From a virus: a stretch of 64,000 nt of DNA. Where the stretch lies: the IMG/VR virus record IMGVR_UViG_3300044769_000080; one strand, 5' to 3'. The stretch's first letter is position 1, and each line of letters starts with the position of its first letter. Made by a program: the position numbers and the translations under genes. The notes beneath the pieces were generated by a model. It did not search any database. It was not told the DNA's origin and saw only the letters and a list, made by a program, of their open reading frames with translations. Positions 45,166 to 53,794 of this stretch are shown one piece after another.

Positions 45166-45218
45166 CAAGCTACGGGGGCAGGGGCTGTTGCCCCTCCCCT
45201 ACTCCAAAGGAGGATTAT

Positions 45219-45395
45219 ATGGCGAAGAGAATCGTGAAGGTGAAGGTGTTTCCGAAGGAAATCTTTGCTATTTATCGTGAAAACGGCGGCGAACTCCAGG
45301 TTATCGAAAAGCAATATCTGAGCAATGGCAGGAGAGCTGCAACCTACAAGCTTGTGAAGGTTGGTAAGGCCAAAGTCAAGACAACAGTCGAGTAA
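45219..45395 (+). CDS. small basic protein (58 aa)
   Basis: CTCCAAAGGAGGATT RBS, identical to that of the next gene. In frame with ORF-track entry 45120. Confidence 0.4.
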   Translation: MAKRIVKVKVFPKEIFAIYRENGGELQVIEKQYLSNGRRAATYKLVKVGKAKVKTTVE

Positions 45396-45414
45396 ACTCC
45401 AAAGGAGGATTCAA

Positions 45415-45975
45415 ATGCCCAGAACATCACGTAACACGGTCGAATTCGAGTCAGACGGCATCAAGCTCAAGGCAGAGTTCAAGCACCAGCATGCTGAGGA
45501 GCATGATCATCGCGAGGCCCTTCCTGTTTACAAGGATGCTGTCAAGGAAGTTGAGCTGATTGAGCTGGTTGGGGGTACCCTCGGCAGCGGACGTGAGGTT
45601 CGCAAGAACGTCCTGATGGTTGAGCGTATCCTCGTCCGTAACGACTGGGAATACGCTGTCAAGACTCCGATCATCGAGGAAGTAGAGATCGACGGTCGCC
45701 GGGCTGAACGTAAGCTGCGCCACATCACGACATGCTTGCTCTATACATCAGCTGATGGTATCGAATGGAAAAACCCCATCGGGCAGGGAACGTCCCGTTG
45801 CTCGGTCAAGGACAAGTACAACTGGCGTTTCGGTATCAAGGAATCGCTGGTTGAGGCTATCAAGTCGGCTGGCATCGAGAACTCTGGGCCGGTCCTCGGG
45901 GCGTTTTACACCGAGCTGCCGAAACGTCCGAAGCAGGTTGAGGCGGACGACGATGAAATCATCGTCATCGGTTAA
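45415..45975 (+). CDS. hypothetical protein (186 aa) with acidic C-terminal tail ...ADDDEIIVIG
   Basis: Same 15 nt RBS context as 45219. C-terminal motif shared with gene 36345-36776. Confidence 0.45.
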   Translation: MPRTSRNTVEFESDGIKLKAEFKHQHAEEHDHREALPVYKDAVKEVELIELVGGTLGSGREVRKNVLMVERILVRNDWEYAVKTPIIEEVEIDGRRAERKLRHITTCLLYTSADGIEWKNPIGQGTSRCSVKDKYNWRFGIKESLVEAIKSAGIENSGPVLGAFYTELPKRPKQVEADDDEIIVIG

Positions 45976-45985
45976 GAGGTGAGTC

Positions 45986-46843
45986 ATGAAGCTGCCGAAG
46001 TTCGAAGACAAACATCCGAAACACACGGCTGAGGGCTATGCAGCCACGAACGAGGAGCCGGAAGCTCATCGTAAGCTGATCAGCAACAAGCGATTCAAGC
46101 GCGCGGCTTCCATTGCATCTGGTGGAGAGATCCCTTATTGTGTATTGCTCAGCCGGTCGGATGAGGTGGTTGCTGTTGACCACTCATATCGAGCAATCAT
46201 TATGTGTTATCTGAAGGCTGTGTTGCTCAACACGCTCGGCCCGAGGGGAATGAAGGCATTGTTTGTCGAATCAAGCTATGAAGACGTGAAGGCTGTGTTG
46301 CTGGAAGCGGCAAAGTTGATGCCTCAGGTGTTACAGGACAAAGTGAATTGGGCTGATAAACAGCCTTACTACGATTACTATTCGGAATCAGCAAACCGAC
46401 GGTACTCGGTACTTTCGATCAGTGACATCAAGTATCTTCGTCGAGAAGCCTTCTTCACTCCACTGGCCACCCTCGAAGCAGTTGTGAAGCGACTGGATCA
46501 GGTCACCCTCGTGCACGGCGACCTGAGTGACCTCAAGCTATACGGTGGAAACTTCGATATTTTGTATGCCTCAAACGCGATGGGACATACCAATCGAGAC
46601 AAGAAATATCCGACCTTTAGCCAGTTCGAGGAACTCGTCAAACCTGACGGATATATCTTGATGACAACAGGCTATGGCACCAAAACAGATCCCAAGCTTC
46701 CAACCACCCTGAAGGAAATCAAGCGCATTAGTGGTCTGAGGTCTGATTGGGACCATGTTCTGTTGCAGAAAGCGGTAAAGAATGAGCCTGCCAAAGAAAC
46801 AACCCAAGCCGAAGCCCAAGTTTCCTCGAGTCCCAGTGCCTAA
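45986..46843 (+). CDS. hypothetical protein (285 aa), possible methyltransferase-like fold
   Basis: ORF track. No clear catalytic motif. Confidence 0.35.
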   Translation: MKLPKFEDKHPKHTAEGYAATNEEPEAHRKLISNKRFKRAASIASGGEIPYCVLLSRSDEVVAVDHSYRAIIMCYLKAVLLNTLGPRGMKALFVESSYEDVKAVLLEAAKLMPQVLQDKVNWADKQPYYDYYSESANRRYSVLSISDIKYLRREAFFTPLATLEAVVKRLDQVTLVHGDLSDLKLYGGNFDILYASNAMGHTNRDKKYPTFSQFEELVKPDGYILMTTGYGTKTDPKLPTTLKEIKRISGLRSDWDHVLLQKAVKNEPAKETTQAEAQVSSSPSA

Positions 46844-46888
46844 GCCCACAAAGGTGATTCCGAACAAGAAGAAAGACGCCAAAGAAAG

Positions 46889-47161
46889 GTGGGACGAATG
46901 CGATTTCTAGTATGGCTCGGTTGTATGACGATCCTCATCGGTGGCGCATGGCTTGGTGAGGTTTACGTGATGCCAATCACGCATGCTCAGTCGGCAGCTG
47001 TGAATCCTGAATGGGCTTACACCTGCTACAAGACACCTGATGCAGTCATCAACTTCCTCAACACCCTGAACTCTGTGAAGGCAGAGAAGGCAAAGTTGTT
47101 TGTAACTCGTGATGCTGTTCTGTCACACGTTCACATCTATTGCGTGGCGTATTGGAAGTGA
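46889..47161 (+). CDS. membrane-anchored or secreted small protein (90 aa)
   Basis: Hydrophobic N-terminus FLVWLGCMTILIGGAWLG. Confidence 0.35.
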   Translation: MGRMRFLVWLGCMTILIGGAWLGEVYVMPITHAQSAAVNPEWAYTCYKTPDAVINFLNTLNSVKAEKAKLFVTRDAVLSHVHIYCVAYWK

Positions 47162-47337
47162 TGGAAGACCGGGATACACAAATCAGGCGCATCGCGCCTC
47201 TCCTGATGCAACAACTCGGTATCAAGCGGCCTGAAGCCATCGATAGGCTGTGCAAGATGTCGCGTGAGGAGCGGTTGCGAGTGCGTCAACGTTTCAGGGC
47301 AGCGTTAGGAGGTAAGCGTGGGACACCACAAGTGTGA
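47161..47337 (+). CDS. hypothetical protein (about 58 aa)
   Basis: In frame with ORF-track entry 47140. Confidence 0.3.
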   Translation: MEDRDTQIRRIAPLLMQQLGIKRPEAIDRLCKMSREERLRVRQRFRAALGGKRGTPQV

Positions 47338-47518
47338 ATGGGTCTACGTGGGACACATCACATTCAGCACTGACAGCACTACAGTTGGCAAACACGAATG
47401 GGAATGTCCTCAATGTACGAGCAAGATGCATTCACAGCGTATTGCACCGGCTGGGAGGATCGAGGTTCGCAAGCCGACGAGGCGGTTCAGCAACGAACAT
47501 AGGCTGGTGGGCAAATGA
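47318..47518 (+). CDS. zinc-ribbon protein (66 aa)
   Basis: HKCEW...CPQC. Confidence 0.35.
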   Translation: MGHHKCEWVYVGHITFSTDSTTVGKHEWECPQCTSKMHSQRIAPAGRIEVRKPTRRFSNEHRLVGK

Positions 47519-47706
47519 ACTGCACCGTGCATGAGACGATCGAAACATTGCCGAACCGAGTGAGGATTTATCCCTATCGATGTGCTCGCTGTGGTGAGTG
47601 CTTTCTCTGTCAGCACAAACAGGAATCGACGACTGCGTGGATCTGTCCTGACGGATTCCGAATGACAACCCGGTGGACACCAGGTGTTAGAGCGGAGGAG
47701 CTATGA
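47515..47706 (+). CDS. zinc-ribbon protein (63 aa)
   Basis: CARCGECFLC...C. Confidence 0.35.
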   Translation: MNCTVHETIETLPNRVRIYPYRCARCGECFLCQHKQESTTAWICPDGFRMTTRWTPGVRAEEL

Positions 47707-47882
47707 AGGTTCAAACTCTTATCGAAATCCTCAGTCGTCGTAGTCCTGAGCTTGATGTTGTTCTTTACATTCCAGAGCTGGATTACTTGCCTGATGGCAG
47801 TGGAATTCGTGAGATTGCTGACGTAGAGCTGGAGGAATCTGATCACTCTGACGCTGCGCTCATCTGGGCAAAGGAGAAGTAA
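47703..47882 (+). CDS. small acidic protein (59 aa), not in ORF track
   Basis: ATGA overlap. Translation MKVQTLIEILSRRSPELDVVLYIPELDYLPDGSGIREIADVELEESDHSDAALIWAKEK. Confidence 0.3.
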   Translation: MKVQTLIEILSRRSPELDVVLYIPELDYLPDGSGIREIADVELEESDHSDAALIWAKEK

Positions 47883-48047
47883 ATGGCATCGAAGAGCACG
47901 ATCATCAAGTTCGGGCCTCAGAACAAAGCCAAGCTGCGGATGAAGGTGCAGCACTCACGAACTGGGGCATGCACCGCGAAGGGAAAGTGTTATCACGGCA
48001 TGATCCAGAGCCATAACCGGAAAAAAAGCAAGGGAGGGGGTCTGTGA
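47883..48047 (+). CDS. small basic protein (54 aa), not in ORF track
   Basis: Translation MASKSTIIKFGPQNKAKLRMKVQHSRTGACTAKGKCYHGMIQSHNRKKSKGGGL. Confidence 0.3.
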   Translation: MASKSTIIKFGPQNKAKLRMKVQHSRTGACTAKGKCYHGMIQSHNRKKSKGGGL

Positions 48048-48109
48048 TGGAGATGTGGGAAATCAATTCCACCTCCTGCGGATTCCTCGGAAACTGACGG
48101 AGGTCGATA

Positions 48110-49159
48110 ATGACAAAAACACGTTACGTTGATGATGTGAAAGTGCAGGCTCCGATTGATCAGGCCCTCATCAACCATGTTGCCCTCGTCGTTGACGGGT
48201 CAGGTAGCATGGCGGGCCTCGAAACCACGGTTGTGCGAGTCGTGGATGAGCTGATGGCAACCCTCGCGAGCAAGTCTCGTGAAACCGATCAGGAAACTCG
48301 TGTCAGTCTGTATGTGTTCGAGAACACCCTGTCAATCAAATGTCTCACATATGACAAGGATGTCCTCCGCATGCCATCGATGAAAGGCCTGTATCGAGCT
48401 GTCGGTAACACGCCCCTCATCGATGCTACGCTCAAGTCGATTGATGATTTGAAACAGTCAGCCACGCTGTATGGTGATCATGCGTTCCTCATCTATGTCC
48501 TGACGGATGGCGCTGAGAATGCGTCGAAGCATGCGCCTGATTCGCTTCGCAAGACAATCCAACAGTTGGACGAGAACTGGACCCTCGCGTGCTTCGTTCC
48601 TGACCGGACTAGTAAGAACGCAGCTGAGAGATTCGGTTTCCCTGCTGATAACGTGCAGCTATGGGAAGTGACCGAGGGTGGCTTGAAAGATGCTGCTCGG
48701 ACGATTACCAATAGCGTTTCCAGCTATTACACGATGCGCTCTAGCGGCGTGCGTGGTAGCAAGAACCTGTTTTCGATGGACCTCAGTAAACTGTCGAAGT
48801 CAACAATAGCAAAGAAACTGACGCCGCTCACGTTCGGCCAGTATCGCATGTTCGACGTGAAAGACAAGACACCGATTGCACATTTCGTGGAGGTGCAGCT
48901 ACGTCGGCCGTATAAGCTGGGTGAGGCTTACTACCAGCTAACCGAGCCGGTCAAGGTCCAGCCACAGAAACAAGTGTGTATCTGGGACCGTAAGAAGCAT
49001 GTCCTCTACGCCGGTAACGAAGCACGTCAGTTGCTTGGTCTGCCGAGCTACGAGGTCAAGCTGGAGCCTGCGGCTACGCCTGACTTCGATATCTTTATCC
49101 AGAGCACGAGCGTAAACCGAAACCTCTTGCCGGGACAGAAGGTTGTGGTGCTATCATGA
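48110..49159 (+). CDS. von Willebrand factor A (vWA) domain protein (349 aa)
   Basis: MIDAS motif VALVVDGSGSMAG (DxSxS) near N-terminus, later T and D positions. Stop overlaps the start of the NAMPT-family gene. Confidence 0.55.
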   Translation: MTKTRYVDDVKVQAPIDQALINHVALVVDGSGSMAGLETTVVRVVDELMATLASKSRETDQETRVSLYVFENTLSIKCLTYDKDVLRMPSMKGLYRAVGNTPLIDATLKSIDDLKQSATLYGDHAFLIYVLTDGAENASKHAPDSLRKTIQQLDENWTLACFVPDRTSKNAAERFGFPADNVQLWEVTEGGLKDAARTITNSVSSYYTMRSSGVRGSKNLFSMDLSKLSKSTIAKKLTPLTFGQYRMFDVKDKTPIAHFVEVQLRRPYKLGEAYYQLTEPVKVQPQKQVCIWDRKKHVLYAGNEARQLLGLPSYEVKLEPAATPDFDIFIQSTSVNRNLLPGQKVVVLS

Positions 49160-50649
49160 ACCTGCTCCCACCTCTGCGGAAAGATCAATACTATGTCAAG
49201 GTGCTGACAATGCAGTTGTTACCTCCCCTGAGGGCCGACGGATATAAGTGCGACCACCGTTCACAGTACCCCAAGGGCACGACCCTCGTGTACTCGAACG
49301 CCACCTGTCGTGGCAGCCGCCTCGCTGGTGTCGATCAGGCAGTTGTCTTCGGCCCTCAATATTGGGTCATCGAGCATCTGTCCCGAAGATGGTTTGCTGA
49401 TTTCTTCAACAAGCCCCTCGACCGGGTGATGCGGACCTACAAGCGTAGGATTGATAACTACCTCGGCCCTGGCGCGATTACGTATGACCACATCGAGGCG
49501 CTCCACAAGCTGGGCTACTTGCCACTATGCGTGAAGGCGCTGCCCGAGGGAACCCTCGTGCCGATGCGTGTACCCTATCTGACTATCAGAAACACGCATC
49601 CAGACTTCTTCTGGCTGACTAACATGCTCGAAACCAACCTCAGCAACGTGGTGTGGGGAATGGTGAACAGCGCAACGATTGCGTTCACGTATCGCAGGCA
49701 GTTTGAAGCCTTCGCCCGCATAACCGGATTTCCTCGTGAGATGATCAAGTGGATGGGACATGATTTCAGCTACCGGGGCATGTTTGGTGAGGACGCTGCC
49801 ATCATGTCTGGCATGGCTCATTTGCTGTCATTCACCGGAACCGACACCATCCCTGCTATCGACGGGCTGGAGGAGTATTATGGAGCAAATTCTGACACCG
49901 AACTCGTTGGGGGCTCCGTTCCGGCTACTGAGCACAGTGTTATGTCTATGGGCGGGCAGGAGTCCGAGATTGACACCTACCGGCGACTCATTAGTGAGGT
50001 TTACCCCAAAGGCATCGTGTCCGTTGTCTCAGATACATGGGATTACTTCAACGTGCTCGATACTATCCTTCCGGCGCTCAGAGAAGTTATTCTGGGGCGA
50101 GATGGAAAGGTAGTCATCCGGCCCGATAGCGGTGACCCGGTTGAGGTTATCTGCCAGAGCATGGAGAAGTTGTGGGCCACCTTTGGCGGGACGGTCAACG
50201 AGAAGGGTTATAAGGAGCTTGATCCTCACATCGGTCTGATCTATGGTGATAGCATCACGCTTGAGAGGCAGGGGAAGATTCTCAGCAGGCTTGAGGAGAT
50301 GGGCTTTGCGAGCTTGCCTGTGCTGGGGATTGGGAGCTTCACGTATCAGTACAACACAAGAGACACCTTGGGGCAGGCAATTAAGGCTACGTATGGAGAG
50401 GTCAACGGTGAGAGGCGTGAAATCTTCAAGCAGCCCAAGACTGATGACGGGACGAAGAACAGCGCGAGGGGCTTACTTGCGGTTCATCGGGCTGATGGCG
50501 ATCTTCCAGGTGGTAGGCTGTATCTCAAGGAGTCATGTAGCTGGAAGGAGGAAGCTGGCGGTGAGCTGCTGACCGTGTTCATGGACGGTGAGGTTAGAAA
50601 CTTTCAGACACTTGCCCAGATTCGAGCGCGGCTGGAGGCGCAACTCTGA
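49156..50649 (+). CDS. nadV: nicotinamide phosphoribosyltransferase family enzyme (NAMPT/NadV; possibly Namat-type) (497 aa)
   Basis: Long colinear matches to NAMPT: GTDTI, SVPATEHSV, VSVVSDTWDYFNV, VIRPDSGDP, NEKGYKEL, LIYGDSI, GIGSF, KQPKTDDGTKNSARGLLAVHR. Confidence 0.75.
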   Translation: MNLLPPLRKDQYYVKVLTMQLLPPLRADGYKCDHRSQYPKGTTLVYSNATCRGSRLAGVDQAVVFGPQYWVIEHLSRRWFADFFNKPLDRVMRTYKRRIDNYLGPGAITYDHIEALHKLGYLPLCVKALPEGTLVPMRVPYLTIRNTHPDFFWLTNMLETNLSNVVWGMVNSATIAFTYRRQFEAFARITGFPREMIKWMGHDFSYRGMFGEDAAIMSGMAHLLSFTGTDTIPAIDGLEEYYGANSDTELVGGSVPATEHSVMSMGGQESEIDTYRRLISEVYPKGIVSVVSDTWDYFNVLDTILPALREVILGRDGKVVIRPDSGDPVEVICQSMEKLWATFGGTVNEKGYKELDPHIGLIYGDSITLERQGKILSRLEEMGFASLPVLGIGSFTYQYNTRDTLGQAIKATYGEVNGERREIFKQPKTDDGTKNSARGLLAVHRADGDLPGGRLYLKESCSWKEEAGGELLTVFMDGEVRNFQTLAQIRARLEAQL

Positions 50650-50888
50650 TGTGTGCCATTGAAGGATCAAGCCCATACATCTGGACGATCTACGAGAAAA
50701 TCCCAGAGAACAGGCTCACCGACGACCAGAAGCGCTTTGGCATCACCCATGAGCGTATGTCATGCGGTGATTTTTCAAGCGAGGAACGTGCCAAGATGTG
50801 GCTGGACAATGCTCGTCGTGCCAAAGAACATCCTGAGAACTTCAAGGTCGAGAAGCACATGCTCGACTATCTGTTGAGGTGTCACTAA
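50649..50888 (+). CDS. hypothetical protein (79 aa)
   Basis: ORF track. Confidence 0.4.
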   Translation: MCAIEGSSPYIWTIYEKIPENRLTDDQKRFGITHERMSCGDFSSEERAKMWLDNARRAKEHPENFKVEKHMLDYLLRCH

Positions 50889-51052
50889 TGAAATACAACA
50901 ACTTCCTCACTCCACTGATGGTTGGTGCGTGGATTCCTGTGCCGATTATCATGGCAACCTCAGGCCAGGTTCGACAGGCTTCATGGATCTGGTTGTCTAT
51001 CGTCACTACAGCATGGGTTCTGGCCTGCGTATTCGGCAAGGAAAACGAATGA
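50888..51052 (+). CDS. small membrane protein (54 aa), not in ORF track
   Basis: Translation MKYNNFLTPLMVGAWIPVPIIMATSGQVRQASWIWLSIVTTAWVLACVFGKENE. Confidence 0.3.
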   Translation: MKYNNFLTPLMVGAWIPVPIIMATSGQVRQASWIWLSIVTTAWVLACVFGKENE

Positions 51053-51168
51053 ACATCCTAGAATTCATAGACAAGCACGCAGATGGCCTCGGTTTCCTGT
51101 TGTTCATCTTTATCGTTTTTGTGCTACCAGAGATCATTGATGCGTTTCGGAGGAAGCGTGGCTAAGTC

Positions 51169-51858
51169 ATGACAGCTAAGTTCTATCAAGTCGGTGGGTC
51201 GGTGCGGGACGAGTTCCTCGGCCTGCGCTCGAAGGACATCGACTATTCTGTGGAGGCTGAATCCTATGCAGCAATGCGACAAGCCATTCTTGACCGAGGC
51301 GGAGATATCTTCCTTGAAACGCCTAAGTACTTTACCATTCGGGCGAAGGTTCCCGGCCTCGGTGCGTGTGACTACGTGCTTTGTCGGAAAGACGGAGCTT
51401 ACAGTGATGGCCGACGCCCTGAGACAGTCGAGGTCGGGAGCATCTATGATGATCTCGCGAGACGCGATTTCACGATGAACGCCATCGCTCGGGCTGAGGA
51501 CGGCACAATCATTGACCCGTTTGACGGCAGAGCTGATATCGAGCAGCGTCTTATCAGATGTGTTGGAACAGCGAAAGCTCGTTTCACTGAAGACGGCCTC
51601 AGGATGCTGCGAGCCATCAGGTTCTCGGTAACCAAAAACTTCCGTATCGCAGACGACATCGTTACCTGTATCCGGCATGAGGACTTCTTAGGAACTCGAA
51701 TGTGGGGTGTTTCCGATGAGCGCATTCGTGAAGAGCTTCACAAAATGTTCCAGCACGACAGTGATTATTCGTTTAGCTTGCTTGGGACGTTTCCAGAATT
51801 CAGGCATTTTCTACTGCGTGGAAATCTCTGGCTCAAGCCGACATTGGAGGCGCGATGA
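51169..51858 (+). CDS. Pol-beta-like nucleotidyltransferase of the CCA-adding/poly(A) polymerase head-domain type (229 aa)
   Basis: FYQVGGSVRDEFLGLRSKDIDYSV matches the GG.VRD..LG....D.D signature of class II tRNA nucleotidyltransferases. Protein is short (head plus neck only). Confidence 0.55.
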   Translation: MTAKFYQVGGSVRDEFLGLRSKDIDYSVEAESYAAMRQAILDRGGDIFLETPKYFTIRAKVPGLGACDYVLCRKDGAYSDGRRPETVEVGSIYDDLARRDFTMNAIARAEDGTIIDPFDGRADIEQRLIRCVGTAKARFTEDGLRMLRAIRFSVTKNFRIADDIVTCIRHEDFLGTRMWGVSDERIREELHKMFQHDSDYSFSLLGTFPEFRHFLLRGNLWLKPTLEAR

Positions 51859-52025
51859 AAGTTTAACAAAGTCATCATCGTCTGGTGGAACAACCGCAGG
51901 TTTGCTGAGATTCATGAGGCGAGCTACGAGATCATCGCTGGCGAGCTTCTGCGGCTCTAACGAGGATGGACACCGGTATCTGTGTTTCATCGCAACCGGG
52001 CTTTTGAGCTTGGGGAGGAGATGAA

Positions 52026-52424
52026 GTGAAACTTTTCATACCAGAGCTCCAAACTGTCCTCAAGCTTACCAAAGCTTGGACGTTCCCTGTCGAACTGGAG
52101 CACCGTAACTCAACTCTAATTGAGGTGATGAGCGGTCACAAGGCACAGGACTTCTATCCAACTGTCACCTACGACTGGAAGAATCTTAGTAAGCACTCCC
52201 GTCAGATGACTAATCGCATAGAGCATCCTCCCAAGGTCGAGTGGACTGGGTTACAGGGTAGGATGCCTAAGGGGACGCTTCTCACGGTGGACCGAATCTA
52301 TATCCGTGCAGGTAATGCAACGTTCTCGTCAGTCACGTTCAAGACGAAGTTGAACGGCAAGTCTGTACGTTTCTGGGCAAAACTATCATCGGTCAATACA
52401 ATAGAAGCAGAGGTGGTTGAGTGA
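52026..52424 (+). CDS. hypothetical protein (132 aa), GTG start
   Basis: GGGAGGAG RBS before GTG. Confidence 0.4.
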   Translation: MKLFIPELQTVLKLTKAWTFPVELEHRNSTLIEVMSGHKAQDFYPTVTYDWKNLSKHSRQMTNRIEHPPKVEWTGLQGRMPKGTLLTVDRIYIRAGNATFSSVTFKTKLNGKSVRFWAKLSSVNTIEAEVVE

Positions 52425-53260
52425 GAATCTATACACGAGCTGGAGACTTAGCGTTCGAAGAATTCACATTCCCAGACGGGCAGCCTCACTTCAAGTTGCT
52501 CACTTGGACGAGGGAATTCCGCGATGTGACCATTGAGATTGCGATCAAGTCGCCTCTCGACATCTTCCGTGTACTGTTGGCTGGGAGGGTGCTTTCGGAC
52601 AACAGCTATCACGTTCACCTCAACATCCGTTACTTGCTCGGTGCGAGGATGGACCGACCAATCGACAAGTGGCAGCCTGACACGCTTGCGCTCGTGCGCC
52701 TTATGCTACAGGCTGACGGGCCATTCCATAGTATCCGAGTGTTGGATGTTCACAACCCATCAGCTACCATCGGAATGATTAATGTCCTCCCATTTAAGGT
52801 GGTGAAGGCTGTCTATGATACGGTTGGCGATCCAATCATCATCGTTCCTGACAAGGGAGCGGTGCAGCGGGTTGAGGCATTGACTGCGGCGCTGCGCGTC
52901 AAGAACCGGATTTACTGTGAGAAAACTCGCGACGTGGCAACCGGGAAGATCACTGGTTTCAAGATCCTCAACGCTTTAGTCGCCAATGACGAGGACTGCC
53001 TCATCATTGACGACATCTGCGACGGTGGTGCAACCTTTACGAGCCTTGCGATGGGCCTGAAGGATATTGGTGCGAAGACAGTTAATCTCTATGTCACGCA
53101 TGGCATCTTCAGCAAGGGATTCAAGGATCTTGTAAATGCTCCTGACATGGGCATGAAAGGCCAGATTGATCGCATCTTTACCACGGATTCGTATCGTGAC
53201 TGGCACGTAGTGCCTCATGTGCCTGTGAGCTGTATCCCGGTGAGAATGGAGAATATGTGA
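52421..53260 (+). CDS. prs: ribose-phosphate pyrophosphokinase (PRPP synthetase) homologue, possibly ADPR-PP synthetase type (279 aa)
   Basis: FPDGQ, IRYLLGARMDR (compare IPYFGYARQDR), RVLDVHNP, IIVPDKGAVQRV, IIDDICDGGATF (PRPP-binding DDxxDTGGT-like), YVTHGIFS. Confidence 0.65.
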   Translation: MRIYTRAGDLAFEEFTFPDGQPHFKLLTWTREFRDVTIEIAIKSPLDIFRVLLAGRVLSDNSYHVHLNIRYLLGARMDRPIDKWQPDTLALVRLMLQADGPFHSIRVLDVHNPSATIGMINVLPFKVVKAVYDTVGDPIIIVPDKGAVQRVEALTAALRVKNRIYCEKTRDVATGKITGFKILNALVANDEDCLIIDDICDGGATFTSLAMGLKDIGAKTVNLYVTHGIFSKGFKDLVNAPDMGMKGQIDRIFTTDSYRDWHVVPHVPVSCIPVRMENM

Positions 53261-53535
53261 TGTTGAGAGCTGCATTTGCTGTCGTCATCTTGGTAGCACT
53301 TCTCGCAGGAGCATGCCTCCCAGCAGGCTGCAATGTCAATGCAGTCTTCGGGCAGCAAGCTGAGGCCCACTACGTGCGGTTTCATCGTTACAGCTATAGC
53401 CAGATTGACAACTTCACGAACATTGATATGGTGAAGGATACGCGGGATGACACCTGTTATGTGGTGTACAACCACTCTAATATGACTTATCCGGTGACGT
53501 ATACATCCGTCCCACTCGGACAAGTCAAGTGCTAA
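53257..53535 (+). CDS. lipoprotein (92 aa)
   Basis: MMLRAAFAVVILVALLAGACLPAGC lipobox. Confidence 0.4.
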   Translation: MMLRAAFAVVILVALLAGACLPAGCNVNAVFGQQAEAHYVRFHRYSYSQIDNFTNIDMVKDTRDDTCYVVYNHSNMTYPVTYTSVPLGQVKC

Positions 53536-53608
53536 TCGACACCATCGGGGCAATGATTTTCATCTCATTCCCAGCCACGCTACTTGCGATCTGGATGAGG
53601 AACGATGA

Positions 53609-53794
53609 GTGGAGGCGAAAGTGATCAACAACCCGCCGCGTGTGTTACTTGGTATTGTGCTTGGCTTTGTGGGAGGTGCACTGATATCAAACTCCCTTGG
53701 CCTTGGCTGGGGCATTGGCAACCTCATCGGTGCCATCATTGGGGCAGTTGGAATGGACTGGATACTAGGAACTGATAATGACAACCAAGCCTGA
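53609..53794 (+). CDS. small Gly-zipper membrane protein (61 aa)
   Basis: LLGIVLGFVGGALISNSLGLGWGIGNLIGAIIGAVG. Confidence 0.35.
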   Translation: MEAKVINNPPRVLLGIVLGFVGGALISNSLGLGWGIGNLIGAIIGAVGMDWILGTDNDNQA

